A DNA stretch of 20,000 nt from an uncultured virus (IMG/VR IMGVR_UViG_3300042569_003179) (lineage: Duplodnaviria; Heunggongvirae; Uroviricota; Caudoviricetes), in the IMG/VR virus record IMGVR_UViG_3300042569_003179; one strand, 5' to 3'. Under the pieces are notes generated by a model. That model saw nothing but the letters and a program-made list of their open reading frames with translations. It did no database searches and was not told where the DNA came from. The position numbers were made by a program, and so were the translations under genes. This document shows positions 1 through 7,248 of the stretch, in pieces. The stretch's first letter is position 1. Every line of letters starts with the position of its first letter.

Positions 1-68
1 CCAGCTTTGATGGTTCTTACTCATTGTCAATCATTGTCAGATTGAGTGTGATTTGTTATTTGCCACAG

Positions 69-320
69 TCAACGGTAACCTACAGCAATGTAGTCTTTCA
101 TATGCGACTCAGGGATTTCTTTTGTGGCACCATCGGCGTAAAACATGCGCTCTGCAACGAACCAACTACCAGTGTACATTCGCGGACTTGAACGGTAAAT
201 GTGGTACAAGTTCCCGTCTCGCAGATTGCGAAAGATTGTCTCGGTACGATCACCAGACTTTCGATCTAATTCGAAACCGAAACCTTGTTCAACCAATTGC
301 TTGAGGGTGACTTTTAACAT
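69..320 (-). CDS. hypothetical phage protein (83 aa)
   Basis: ATG-started ORF co-oriented with neighbours; no recognised motif. Confidence 0.7.
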   Translation of the reverse strand: MLKVTLKQLVEQGFGFELDRKSGDRTETIFRNLRDGNLYHIYRSSPRMYTGSWFVAERMFYADGATKEIPESHMKDYIAVGYR

Positions 321-347
321 TTTTGATTTATTGAGGAGTTGGAAAGG

Positions 348-1089
348 TTACAATGACCCTGTCACGACTGCTAGAATGTCTTCTTCACTTCCAAATGGGC
401 ACTTACCGTTAGCGTAAACGGAAATACGATTGTAACCTTTGTAATCATTTCTATAAGAAATTTGCCACAAGTCACCATCCCAGCTTACCTCGTGAACGGT
501 AATAATCCTATTGTCTCGAAGAATTAGGCGGTCCCCTGGCTTGACGATGTGGCCGTCAATGGTTACGGGGGGTGTCTGAGGTAGTCTTTTTATGTGTGTT
601 TGCTGACATTTCGGTTGGAATCAATGCTACAACACGACGAAGCAAAGCAACCTGTTCAGAGCTGAGTCCTGTATCTCCGTCATCTAAGACGGTTGGCAGG
701 ATTTGGTTAAGTAATGCCGCTCTTTCTCGCTTCAGGGCCAGCTTAGGGTCGGGCACCCAGTCGGGGGTGTGGAGCCAAGGCAACAGGTCTGGCCTGTTTC
801 CGTAATTCTTGAGTGCTCCGGCGTGGTTTGAAGCAACGGACGTCCAGTGCGTGTTTCTCCAGTATCCGTATTCAAGAATCTGCACCTGCCCTCGCTGGTC
901 CCCATCCGCCTCAGTCGGTGGCGCGTTCCGGATACCATCGGTCGGCATTTGGTATTTCAATGCTTCGGCTGCCTGGGCAGCACCCCACCGGGCCCAGAAG
1001 GTTGCAGATTGAAGCTCATTGCCGTATGTTCTTGCGACATAGTTGACAAAATTCTCGGAAGCAGTGATGCTGTTTGGATTGAATGCCAT
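348..1089 (-). CDS. hypothetical protein (~246 aa) interrupted by a +1 frameshift at G6 run 567-572
   Basis: MAFNPNS... ORF (ATG 1089, downstream of promoter 1127-1155) stops at 556. A start-less frame 348-566 (VTIDGHIVKPGDRLILRDNRIITV...DILAVVTGSL*) joins it if one G is removed; 742 nt = 247 codons + 1. Confidence 0.6.
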
Positions 1090-1126
1090 GATTGTTTTTA
1101 GATGGGCGAGGAATGGTGACAAAGCA

Positions 1127-1172
1127 ACTATACTGCCTTCGCCCCGCAGAAACAAGCCGGGGAACCGAACCG
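1127..1172 (-). promoter_or_regulatory. sigma70-like promoter with upstream CGGTTCGGTT element
   Basis: TTGTTT-17-TATAGT. Confidence 0.55.
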
Positions 1173-1260
1173 GGTGGGGCGGTTATCCGACTTTGCCGTG
1201 TTGGTAAAAAAGTTTTTTACCATTGCGTTCATACTTTTTGAAATTTTTCGAGTGTTAAAA

Positions 1261-1331
1261 ATCCCCTAGACAGAATTGAACTGTCGTCTCTCGCTTACAA
1301 GGCGAGTGCATCACCACAATGCTTTAGGGGC
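1261..1331 (-). tRNA. trnT: tRNA-Thr(UGU), G1·A72 mismatch
   Basis: GCCCCTA/TAGGGGA-T acceptor, CTCGC-CTTGTAA-GCGAG anticodon arm, GACAG-TTCAATT-CTGTC T arm. Confidence 0.9.
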
Positions 1332-1341
1332 AAGCGTTTCC

Positions 1342-1369
1342 ATTATAGCATGGCTTGGCAAAAAGTCAA
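1342..1369 (-). promoter_or_regulatory. sigma70-like promoter for tRNA-Thr
   Basis: TTGACT-16-TATAAT with extended -10 TG. Confidence 0.75.
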
Positions 1370-1459
1370 TGCCCCCAAAGTCAGGGTGCCGGTTTTGACA
1401 CCCCGCGCCTCTAGATTACGGACTGTAAGGGCCAATAAACGGGATGCCCCCCCTCTCTC

Positions 1460-1891
1460 CTACACCACAACCAAGTTATCACGAACCCAATCAGATGAGT
1501 AAGAATACACCTCATCATCAATACCAATAGCAACATAGTCAGGGTGTGAGACCGTGGTATCGCCTTCCCTTGTTTTAAGGATTACGGTGACCTCAAGGGG
1601 GACGGGGACAAATTTGCACAGGGCACTGCGGCGATACATGCCAGAATTAGGCTCAGTTTCTTCCCAGGAGCCAGGAAAAATATCAACCTTACACGGGTAC
1701 GGCTGTGACCCATCGACCGGCATCAGTACATAGTCAATGCCTTCGACGGCAGTTAAATCACCCCTTTCTCGGGGGAAGACTTCGGTACCGACCGTCGGGC
1801 GAATGCGGACCAGGGTTTTTCGTCTTGCAGTCAAGGGTTGCCCGAAAGCTGCGATGACTTCGGTTCCGGTTGTGAATGTAAGGGTTGTCAT
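1460..1891 (-). CDS. PGDYG-like domain phage protein
   Basis: Two internal repeats of a T/RxxGD..xxDY..G...YPCKxDIF-type motif (ERGDLTAVEGIDY...YPCKVDIF; TREGDTTVSHPDYVAIGIDDEVY). Confidence 0.6.
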   Translation of the reverse strand: MTTLTFTTGTEVIAAFGQPLTARRKTLVRIRPTVGTEVFPRERGDLTAVEGIDYVLMPVDGSQPYPCKVDIFPGSWEETEPNSGMYRRSALCKFVPVPLEVTVILKTREGDTTVSHPDYVAIGIDDEVYSYSSDWVRDNLVVV

Positions 1892-1949
1892 TTTTGATGT
1901 TGGTTTGGGTGGTGGGTTTAGGTTTGGAGCTAGACGGTTAGACCCCCGT

Positions 1950-1978
1950 AGTTTAGCAGGCCACTAGGGCAAAGTCAA
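1950..1978 (-). promoter_or_regulatory. sigma70-like promoter
   Basis: TTGACT-17-TAAACT, extended -10 TG. Confidence 0.6.
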
Positions 1979-2113
1979 GGGTGGTTCCAGGTCCGTGAGG
2001 GAATTTGGAATGGTAACTCTTCGTCAGATTTCCTGGTATGTCGTCCCTCCTGGCAATGAGATACCGCATCAACGCATCACAAATTGTGCTAGGGGGAACC
2101 AAACTGGGTACAA

Positions 2114-2530
2114 TCAGTTCCGATTGGTCGGAGCAGTCAGGATTGGTAACCCGCCTTGGTTGGGCGCTACGAAATAGGTCTTGTTTCCCTTTTCCGCCCC
2201 TTCCTCAATGTGTTGAATCTGCAGGAACGTCAAATACTCAGGGTTATCCTTAAGGCTGGCACCAATAATTTTATTGGATTCTGCGATACCTTCAGCTTCT
2301 TTGATGCGAACTTCTTTCAGCTTTTCGGCACTATCGAGTTTAGCTTGGGCTTCCAAAACTGCTACTTGGCGCGTATATTCGGCCTTTTGCAACTCGGCTT
2401 TTCCTTCCAGGGACTGCTGCCAGACTCCGTATTGGGGAAGTACAAACATTGCGGTCGCAATGATGGCCGCCAAAAGGAATGCCAGGATGCCAAAAATGAC
2501 GCCGCCTGAGTAACTGTCTGAGTGCTTCAT
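2114..2530 (-). CDS. membrane-anchored coiled-coil phage protein (SPFH C-terminus-like), 138 aa
   Basis: Start MKHSDS (upstream ORF extension overlaps tRNA-Cys); N-terminal TM helix followed by an EA-rich coil (GKAELQKAE...EAEGIAESNKII). Confidence 0.75.
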   Translation of the reverse strand: MKHSDSYSGGVIFGILAFLLAAIIATAMFVLPQYGVWQQSLEGKAELQKAEYTRQVAVLEAQAKLDSAEKLKEVRIKEAEGIAESNKIIGASLKDNPEYLTFLQIQHIEEGAEKGNKTYFVAPNQGGLPILTAPTNRN

Positions 2531-2605
2531 GGTGCGATTGGTTGTTGGTGGTTGGTTGTTTGAGGTAGTGATTTGGCCTAATCGGGGGGGGAACCCGGTA
2601 GGCAA

Positions 2606-2681
2606 AGTTCCAGGCCGGATTCGAACCGGCGAAAATGCGAGTTTTGCAGACTCGTGCCTTAGACCACTTGGCGACTGGAAC
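2606..2681 (-). tRNA. trnC: tRNA-Cys(GCA)
   Basis: GTTCCAG/CTGGAAC-U73, CGAGT-CTGCAAA-ACTCG, GCCGG-TTCGAAT-CCGGC. Confidence 0.95.
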
Positions 2682-2691
2682 ATTCGATTGT

Positions 2692-2719
2692 ATTATAGGG
2701 TGCCCAATGGGCGAGTAAA
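2692..2719 (-). promoter_or_regulatory. sigma70-like promoter for tRNA-Cys
   Basis: TTTACT-16-TATAAT, 10 nt before the tRNA. Confidence 0.65.
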
Positions 2720-2723
2720 CCGA

Positions 2724-2906
2724 TTAGACTCGGATCGTGTTGAAGCCATTCTCAAAACCGTCACCGTACCCTTGGCTATAGGCTTTTGTGTCGATTATTC
2801 TGCACCACTCCAGGAAGTGTTCGAGAGATAAGTCCCCAGCGGCTACTGTTTCAAAGATCTCAGTGGCTGTGGGATAGACCACAAACAGTTCGTCAAAGGT
2901 TTTCAT
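2724..2906 (-). CDS. hypothetical protein (60 aa)
   Basis: ATG overlaps upstream stop (ATGA); AYSQGYGDGFENG motif. Confidence 0.7.
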   Translation of the reverse strand: MKTFDELFVVYPTATEIFETVAAGDLSLEHFLEWCRIIDTKAYSQGYGDGFENGFNTIRV

Positions 2907-3052
2907 AGTTGTTGATCTGTAGAATGGTTCTTTTGTTGGAGTCTACGTGCTTTCCTAGCAAACCTTTTCCAAATTTGTTTGGCGACTTTCGTAGGAAAGT
3001 CTCTCATCTCCCTAAGGTATCGGCTCTGATTTCGACTTACTGGTTTTGCCAT
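2903..3052 (-). CDS. small basic hypothetical protein (49 aa, MAKPVSRNQSRYLREMRDFPTKVAKQIWKRFARKARR...)
   Basis: Read manually; fills the gap between two ORFs with overlaps at both ends. Confidence 0.6.
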   Translation of the reverse strand: MAKPVSRNQSRYLREMRDFPTKVAKQIWKRFARKARRLQQKNHSTDQQL

Positions 3053-3285
3053 TTCTCTTCAAGAAAATCGGTGTCTTGCTGAGTTATCTTGTGAAGCCTT
3101 TCGTAAAATTGTTCTAACTTTTGATCGACCTCTTCTCTGTCTACTGTCATTGGCATGTTCAAGCGGGCGTCTTCTAATGATGACAAGGCATCACGAACTA
3201 AAGTTTTGAGGGACCCTACTTGTTTTCCAAGATGGTGCATCTCGTCTCGCTGCTGTTCTAGGGGGGGGGGGTCAATGTTTGCCAT
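3037..3285 (-). CDS. hypothetical coiled-coil protein (82 aa)
   Basis: ATG ORF downstream of promoter 3312-3340. Confidence 0.7.
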   Translation of the reverse strand: MANIDPPPLEQQRDEMHHLGKQVGSLKTLVRDALSSLEDARLNMPMTVDREEVDQKLEQFYERLHKITQQDTDFLEEKWQNQ

Positions 3286-3311
3286 TGTGTTGGGAATTTG
3301 AAGCCGTGGAT

Positions 3312-3340
3312 ACTATAGCACCTTACACAGGGTAAGGCAA
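3312..3340 (-). promoter_or_regulatory. sigma70-like promoter
   Basis: TTGCCT-17-TATAGT, extended -10 TG. Confidence 0.6.
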
Positions 3341-3404
3341 GCCCCGGAACTGGCCTAGACAGGGAGGCAAACCACCCTTAACCAATTTGTAGACTCCCAT
3401 GGTT

Positions 3405-3770
3405 TCAGAGTTGGGAAAGAGTAAGCCCCAAGTAGCAAAATTGATGAAGGAGCTGATCAAAACCGATCAAAACCCAAAAAGCTTTGTCAGTAGTGGACAT
3501 TCCAAGCTTTAGGGTGATATTCTGCTTTGACCAATCGATGTGGTAGTGGAGCATACCGTCAATGGCCCCTAAAACTAGGGCCACACTTGGCAGAAAAGGA
3601 AAGGTAACCAGCACTGTTGCCAATGCGTGTTTTATCGAGTGTTGGATTCCAATTGGATGCAAGTAAGTGCCTTTATGCTTCACTTCGTCTTCCGTTTGTA
3701 GACACCAATCTACCGCGAAGTGTTTAATAAGGAGTAATGAAAGCAAGGCTAAGGCTTTTTGAGGGTCCAT
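3405..3770 (-). CDS. DUF3307-family membrane protein
   Basis: KHFAVDWCLQT, H..H, HYHIDWSK and GFDQLLHQ motifs with hydrophobic helices. Confidence 0.85.
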   Translation of the reverse strand: MDPQKALALLSLLLIKHFAVDWCLQTEDEVKHKGTYLHPIGIQHSIKHALATVLVTFPFLPSVALVLGAIDGMLHYHIDWSKQNITLKLGMSTTDKAFWVLIGFDQLLHQFCYLGLTLSQL

Positions 3771-3818
3771 GGGAACTTGTAAGGCAAGTTTACAACTTGG
3801 GTGCGTATCTTAGTGTAA

Positions 3819-3890
3819 TGGGGGATATCGGGCTTGAACCGATGGCGGCCTGTTTGTAGGACAGGTGCTCTACCACTGAGCTAATCCCCC
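3819..3890 (-). tRNA. trnV: tRNA-Val(UAC), C33 variant
   Basis: GGGGGAT/ATCCCCC-A, CCTGT-CCTACAA-ACAGG, ATCGG-TTCAAGC-CCGAT. Confidence 0.9.
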
Positions 3891-3919
3891 AATAAAGACC
3901 AACGATGACCACCCCTACT

Positions 3920-4120
3920 TCAGTCCAAGACAATAAAAACGGAATTTTGTATCACATTGGGGCCGAAATACACGGAACCTTCCTCAGTTACACAAAAGTA
4001 GTACTTAAGATCCTCCAAGTTAGTAGTCAGCATTTCTTCGAGCGCTTTCCTTTGGGACTCTGAGAAGGGTTGCTCCACAGAGACAAAAGTTCCAAGAGGG
4101 GTGATTGCTTTGATTTTCAT
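3920..4120 (-). CDS. hypothetical protein (66 aa, MKIKAITPLG...)
   Basis: Internal ATG chosen because it lies downstream of promoter 4185-4213. Confidence 0.7.
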   Translation of the reverse strand: MKIKAITPLGTFVSVEQPFSESQRKALEEMLTTNLEDLKYYFCVTEEGSVYFGPNVIQNSVFIVLD

Positions 4121-4184
4121 GATTGGGTGGGTAGGGTTCAGGGAGCAAGTTGAGGGGGAATTCAACTTTGTTTTCCATGGGCCA

Positions 4185-4230
4185 ATCATAGCGTTTCTGC
4201 GCGGCAGAAACAAGGGAGAGAACCGAACCG
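4185..4230 (-). promoter_or_regulatory. sigma70-like promoter with 8-bp inverted repeat and CGGTTCGGTT upstream element
   Basis: TTGTTT-17-TATGAT; GTTTCTGC-CGC-GCAGAAAC. Confidence 0.6.
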
Positions 4231-4271
4231 GATAGCACGGTAGACCGACCCTCCCTAGAGCAGTGACCGCC

Positions 4272-4871
4272 TTAGATAGCAACCGGTGTAAATACTCCAT
4301 AGTATGCCCTGCCATAACAGCCGGATTCAGCCAACGTAGTAACACGACCTGTCTGCCCTATCCACCCATTAAGAGCATCTTCGGTAAGTTCATGGGGGTG
4401 GCCATCATGAGCAGGAATGTCGATCCACTCGAAAATTCTAAAAATCGGTGCAGCTTTTAGGGCGTTATGAACGATTTTGGCAGGGTCTACCGTATGTTGT
4501 AAACAGTTATACATCCATACCTCATCCCACCCCGTGTCTTCAATATCCTCACCCATCGAAACTGAAACTGAGACGTTATTACTCGCGTATCGATCAACGG
4601 TCCATTTAGGGTAGGATACCGGGTCTACGACTTTGCCTTCAGTTAAGTTGATGGTTTTAAGCAAAAGGCTGCTGGGACCACCACCGATATCAAGGATTCT
4701 TTTGCCCCCCACATCAAAACTATAATGGGTCCGATGCAATCCCATTAATCTCCCGTAGACGAATTGCTTCTGTTCCTCGTCAAAGGTATTGCAGCAGTTA
4801 CCCCAGTATGACCTTTCAAAGTCGTAGTCGTTGCTGCGATCGTTATGGTTGCCGTAGTCGTTATGGCTCAT
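4272..4871 (-). CDS. class I SAM-dependent methyltransferase
   Basis: ILDIGGG motif I, VVDP, WDEVWMYNCLQHTVDP motifs. Confidence 0.85.
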   Translation of the reverse strand: MSHNDYGNHNDRSNDYDFERSYWGNCCNTFDEEQKQFVYGRLMGLHRTHYSFDVGGKRILDIGGGPSSLLLKTINLTEGKVVDPVSYPKWTVDRYASNNVSVSVSMGEDIEDTGWDEVWMYNCLQHTVDPAKIVHNALKAAPIFRIFEWIDIPAHDGHPHELTEDALNGWIGQTGRVTTLAESGCYGRAYYGVFTPVAI

Positions 4872-4911
4872 TTCAGTGGGTTAAATTTGTGATATTTGCG
4901 CCAGCAAATTA

Positions 4912-5143
4912 TGGCGGACCGGAGAATTGAACTCCTATTCCGATAGAATTTTGCTAACCTAAGTTAACAATGCACAGGTATTAATACCTGAGGGGCTATC
5001 TCCCAAAGTCTCAAGAATTCTTGAGACGCTTTTTACCCAGATATTCCGGGCACCATGTTGGCAGTAGATGCTAAGCTACTGGCCTTAGTATTAAAACTGA
5101 GGACTTAGACCTGTGCGTCTTACCTGGATTTCTCCAACCCGCA
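4912..5143 (-). ncRNA. enlarged tRNA-like RNA A (~232 nt)
   Basis: (T)GCGGGT...GTCCGCC-A ends pair; GGAG-TTCAATT-CTCC T arm; D-like GGTAAGAC; helix GCACAGGT/ACCTGTGC enclosing ~5 hairpins. Confidence 0.6.
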
Positions 5144-5174
5144 GTGAGGTAATGAACTGAAGAAGCAACCTTCA

Positions 5175-5292
5175 GACTTAAGGGAACCTTAAGATTTGAG
5201 TTATGGCCAGAAGGTCATACAAGATGGTTGGGTTTCTATAGCAAAGAAATTTGTAAATTGCTGAACCATCTTAGTTTTGTGCTAGCAAAACA
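5175..5292 (-). repeat. structured repeat copy 1 (AAGATGGTT-CAGCAA...AACCATCTT element)
   Basis: High similarity to 5712-5831; core also at 7172-7240. Confidence 0.85.
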
Positions 5293-5364
5293 TGGCGGAA
5301 GCTGGATTTGCACCAGCGATCTTCAGGGTATGAGCCTGACGAGATTCTACTTCTCTACTCCGCG
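5293..5364 (-). tRNA. trnfM: initiator tRNA-fMet(CAU)
   Basis: C1·C72 mismatch, TCAGG-CTCATAC-CCTGA, T loop TGCAAAT. Confidence 0.85.
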
Positions 5365-5392
5365 TTATTGTACCGTGTGTTAATTACGGTAA

Positions 5393-5463
5393 TCGGGATG
5401 GAAGGTACTGCCCCTTCTATTCTGCTTCCCAAAAGCAGTGTGATACTTTTCTACTACACCCCG
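5393..5463 (-). tRNA. trnP: tRNA-Pro(UGG)
   Basis: CGGGGTG/CATCCCG-A, CTGCT-TTTGGGA-AGCAG, atypical T loop GGCAGTA. Confidence 0.8.
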
Positions 5464-5496
5464 ATGTCTACCTAATGTTACCCTTCCGGTTCCATG

Positions 5497-5541
5497 CCCA
5501 TGCTTGCAAAACAGGTGCCCCCCCAATTGAGCTATGACCCC
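5497..5541 (-). pseudogene. tRNA-Ala(UGC) remnant (5' half only)
   Basis: GGGGTCA-TA-GCTC-AATTGGG-GGGC-A-CCTGT-TTTGCAA-GCATG; no T arm or acceptor 3' strand follows. Confidence 0.6.
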
Positions 5542-5545
5542 GTGT

Positions 5546-5686
5546 TCATCTAATGCTTTCTAACATATAGGTTTTACCCTTGAGTGTGACAGTGAGCGAA
5601 GGGTTAGCTATGGCAGCAGCCAGTTGCTTCCTTGCCTTAGGGTCGTTTAATATCCCCTTAATTAACCTGGTTGGTTCTACTTTCAT
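5546..5686 (-). CDS. small hypothetical protein (46 aa, MKVEPTRLIKGILNDPKARKQLAAAIANP...)
   Basis: Manually read ATG..TGA ORF inside the tRNA cluster. Confidence 0.55.
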   Translation of the reverse strand: MKVEPTRLIKGILNDPKARKQLAAAIANPSLTVTLKGKTYMLESIR

Positions 5687-5711
5687 TTTATCAGGGTTTG
5701 TGTGGCCATCC

Positions 5712-5831
5712 GACTTGAGGGAACTTTAAGATTTGAGTTATGGCCAAAAAGTCATACAAGATGGTTGTTTTTTCTACCAAAAAGAAAGTTTTTAGATTGC
5801 TGAACCATCTTAGTTTTGCTATCGCAAAACA
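5712..5831 (-). repeat. structured repeat copy 2
   Basis: Near-duplicate of 5175-5292, directly 3' of tRNA-Phe. Confidence 0.85.
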
Positions 5832-5832
5832 A

Positions 5833-5909
5833 CCGGAAATCGCAGAATCGAACTGCGGACCTCTCGTTTTTCAGACGAGCGCTCTTCACCAAGACTGAGC
5901 TAATTCCCG
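5833..5909 (-). tRNA. trnF: tRNA-Phe(GAA)
   Basis: CGGGAAT/ATTTCCG-G, CTCGT-CTGAAAA-ACGAG, CGCAG-TTCGATT-CTGCG. Confidence 0.9.
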
Positions 5910-5970
5910 TTTTTTACCCGGGTTTGATCTCCCGGTAGTTATTACCCCCAGACTTTCACCTGAGGGCAAA

Positions 5971-6042
5971 TTGAACGCACGGGACTCGAACCCGCATCCT
6001 CCACCAACCCGGTGGCGCTCTACCACTTGGAGCTAACGTCCA
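5971..6042 (-). tRNA. tRNA-like RNA with G3·U70/A73 and shortened anticodon arm (undetermined isotype)
   Basis: TGGACGT/GCGTTCA-A, normal D and T arms, CCACC-GGGTT-GGTGG anticodon arm. Confidence 0.75.
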
Positions 6043-6177
6043 AATCCCTTTGAATAAACCTGCAAGTTACTTTTAAGGGCCGGGTATTACAATTGCAGTT
6101 GCTTTCCCCTCGGGACTTTCACCCGTATATGCAACTCTGTTAATTCGTGGTTGCTAACGATTTCCCGTTTCCGGAAA

Positions 6178-6248
6178 CGGGGTATAGGGGACTCGAACCC
6201 CCCTTTGCGAGTAGACAGCCCGCAGCCTTCCCTGACGGCAAATACCCT
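6178..6248 (-). tRNA. trnD: tRNA-Asp(GUC), A1·C72 mismatch, U37
   Basis: AGGGTAT/ATACCCC-G, GCGGG-CTGTCTA-CTCGC, GGGGG-TTCGAGT-CCCCT. Confidence 0.85.
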
Positions 6249-6314
6249 ATTTGCCCCTGCCCTGGCTCACTTGCTTGTTCCGAAGAACCGCACTAGCAAA
6301 CCTGCTGGAGGCAA

Positions 6315-6387
6315 CACCCAATGAGGGAGTCGAACCCCCGTATTCTAATTCGTAGCCAGACGCTTTAATCCACTAAGCTAATTGGGC
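6315..6387 (-). tRNA. trnR: tRNA-Arg(ACG)
   Basis: GCCCAAT/ATTGGGT-G, TCTGG-CTACGAA-TTAGA. Confidence 0.92.
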
Positions 6388-6442
6388 AGTTTTCTGCCGA
6401 AAACTTTCAGAGTGTTCTCGTAAGTTTCTCGTTAGAGAAACA

Positions 6443-6523
6443 TGGCCCCCAAGGGACTTGAACCCTTACAGCTTTCGCTGGGAGTTTTTAAGACTCCTGT
6501 GTCTACCCTTCCACCAGAAGGCC
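6443..6523 (-). tRNA. trnL: tRNA-Leu(UAA), intron-less
   Basis: GGAGT-CTTAAAA-ACTCC, variable arm CAGC-GAAA-GCTG, A73. Confidence 0.93.
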
Positions 6524-6582
6524 ATTTGGTGTTAAATTTTCAAGTTGCTGGTTGAGAGTTTTGACTCTGCCAACCTGTCACT

Positions 6583-6626
6583 ATTATAGCGTCTCTGCGG
6601 GCAGAGACAAGGGCGGTTAACCGAAC
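6583..6626 (-). promoter_or_regulatory. sigma70-like tRNA-operon promoter with CGGTTAACCG palindrome and 8-bp inverted repeat
   Basis: TTGTCT-16-TATAAT; GTCTCTGC-CC-GCAGAGAC. Confidence 0.7.
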
Positions 6627-6696
6627 GTTTGCTGAGCAAACGACACCGGAGAGATGGCCCCCCGAGATTTATCTTAAGTTTCCTCGTCAGAGAAAA

Positions 6697-6768
6697 AGCG
6701 GGTAGGGGTAGTCGAAACCCCGTCTACTGCTTGGAAGGCAGTCATATTGGCCGTTATACGATACCCGC
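6697..6768 (-). tRNA. trnG: tRNA-Gly(UCC)
   Basis: GCGGGTA/TACCCGC-U73, ACTGC-CTTCCAA-GCAGT. Confidence 0.95.
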
Positions 6769-6808
6769 ATTTTGTATGTTGCTTCGGTAATGTTTACGTC
6801 AGCAAAAG

Positions 6809-6881
6809 GGTGATGAACGGGAATCGGACCCGCGCTAGTCTGGCTCACAACCAGATGCCTTACCACTTGGCTACCACCACC
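6809..6881 (-). tRNA. trnH: tRNA-His(GUG) with genome-encoded G-1
   Basis: G-GTGGTGG/TCATCAC-C73, TCTGG-TTGTGAG-CCAGA, T loop TCCGATT. Confidence 0.92.
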
Positions 6882-6882
6882 A

Positions 6883-6978
6883 TGGTGCCCTAGGTTTGTA
6901 TCCAACGGTAATGAAACTTTAAGGTGATGGTCTCCCATTTCCACCCTAAGTCATATTACCCAGACTCAACCGTAAGCA
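6883..6978 (-). ncRNA. rod-shaped hairpin RNA ending in ACCA
   Basis: Nested helices GGTT/AACC, GGTAAT/ATTACC, AGGGTG/CACCTT, ATGG-GAGA-CCAT; fills the gap between two RNA genes. Confidence 0.45.
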
Positions 6979-6979
6979 A

Positions 6980-7135
6980 TGCCCCAACCAGGGGTTCGAA
7001 CCTGGAGGCAAAAGAATCTATTTTCAATAAGAAGGTTTGATTTCAAGGCCACACCTTATCAACGTAGGTTCAATACGCCTATCAGCATTTACTCGTAGAT
7101 TTGAACCCTGATGCCTGTTCCAACTACTTTGGGAC
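6980..7135 (-). ncRNA. enlarged tRNA-like (tmRNA-like?) RNA B (~156 nt)
   Basis: GTCCCAA/TTGGGGC-A acceptor, CCAGG-TTCGAAC(C)-CCTGG T arm, AGGCA/TGCCT helix enclosing a ~100-nt insert. Confidence 0.7.
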
Positions 7136-7171
7136 TTTTTTCGTGTTTTGAACATTCCTAACAAAGTTAGG

Positions 7172-7240
7172 CTAGATGATTGTTTTTCCAATTTCGAAGG
7201 AGTTGATCGCTGAATCATCTAAGTTTGCAACTGCAAAACA
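7172..7240 (-). repeat. structured repeat copy 3 (core, diverged)
   Basis: TAGATGATT-CAGCGA...AATCATCTA with compensatory changes relative to copies 1 and 2. Confidence 0.75.
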
Positions 7241-7248
7241 ATGGCAAA

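Noticed and set aside
343..440. 12-bp inverted repeat AAAGGTTACAAT/ATTGTAACCTTT suggesting a riboswitch or MITE
   Set aside because: It lies within a convincing protein-coding frame; no aptamer consensus or target-site duplication was recognised.
4912..5143. RNA A as a group I intron-containing tRNA-Leu or a canonical tmRNA
   Set aside because: The insert is too short with no recognisable P7 core or splice junction, and there is no G3·U70 or AA-ending tag. Kept only as a tRNA-like RNA.
5175..5831. CRISPR array
   Set aside because: Only 2-3 long structured copies separated by tRNA genes; no regular repeat-spacer period and no cas genes.
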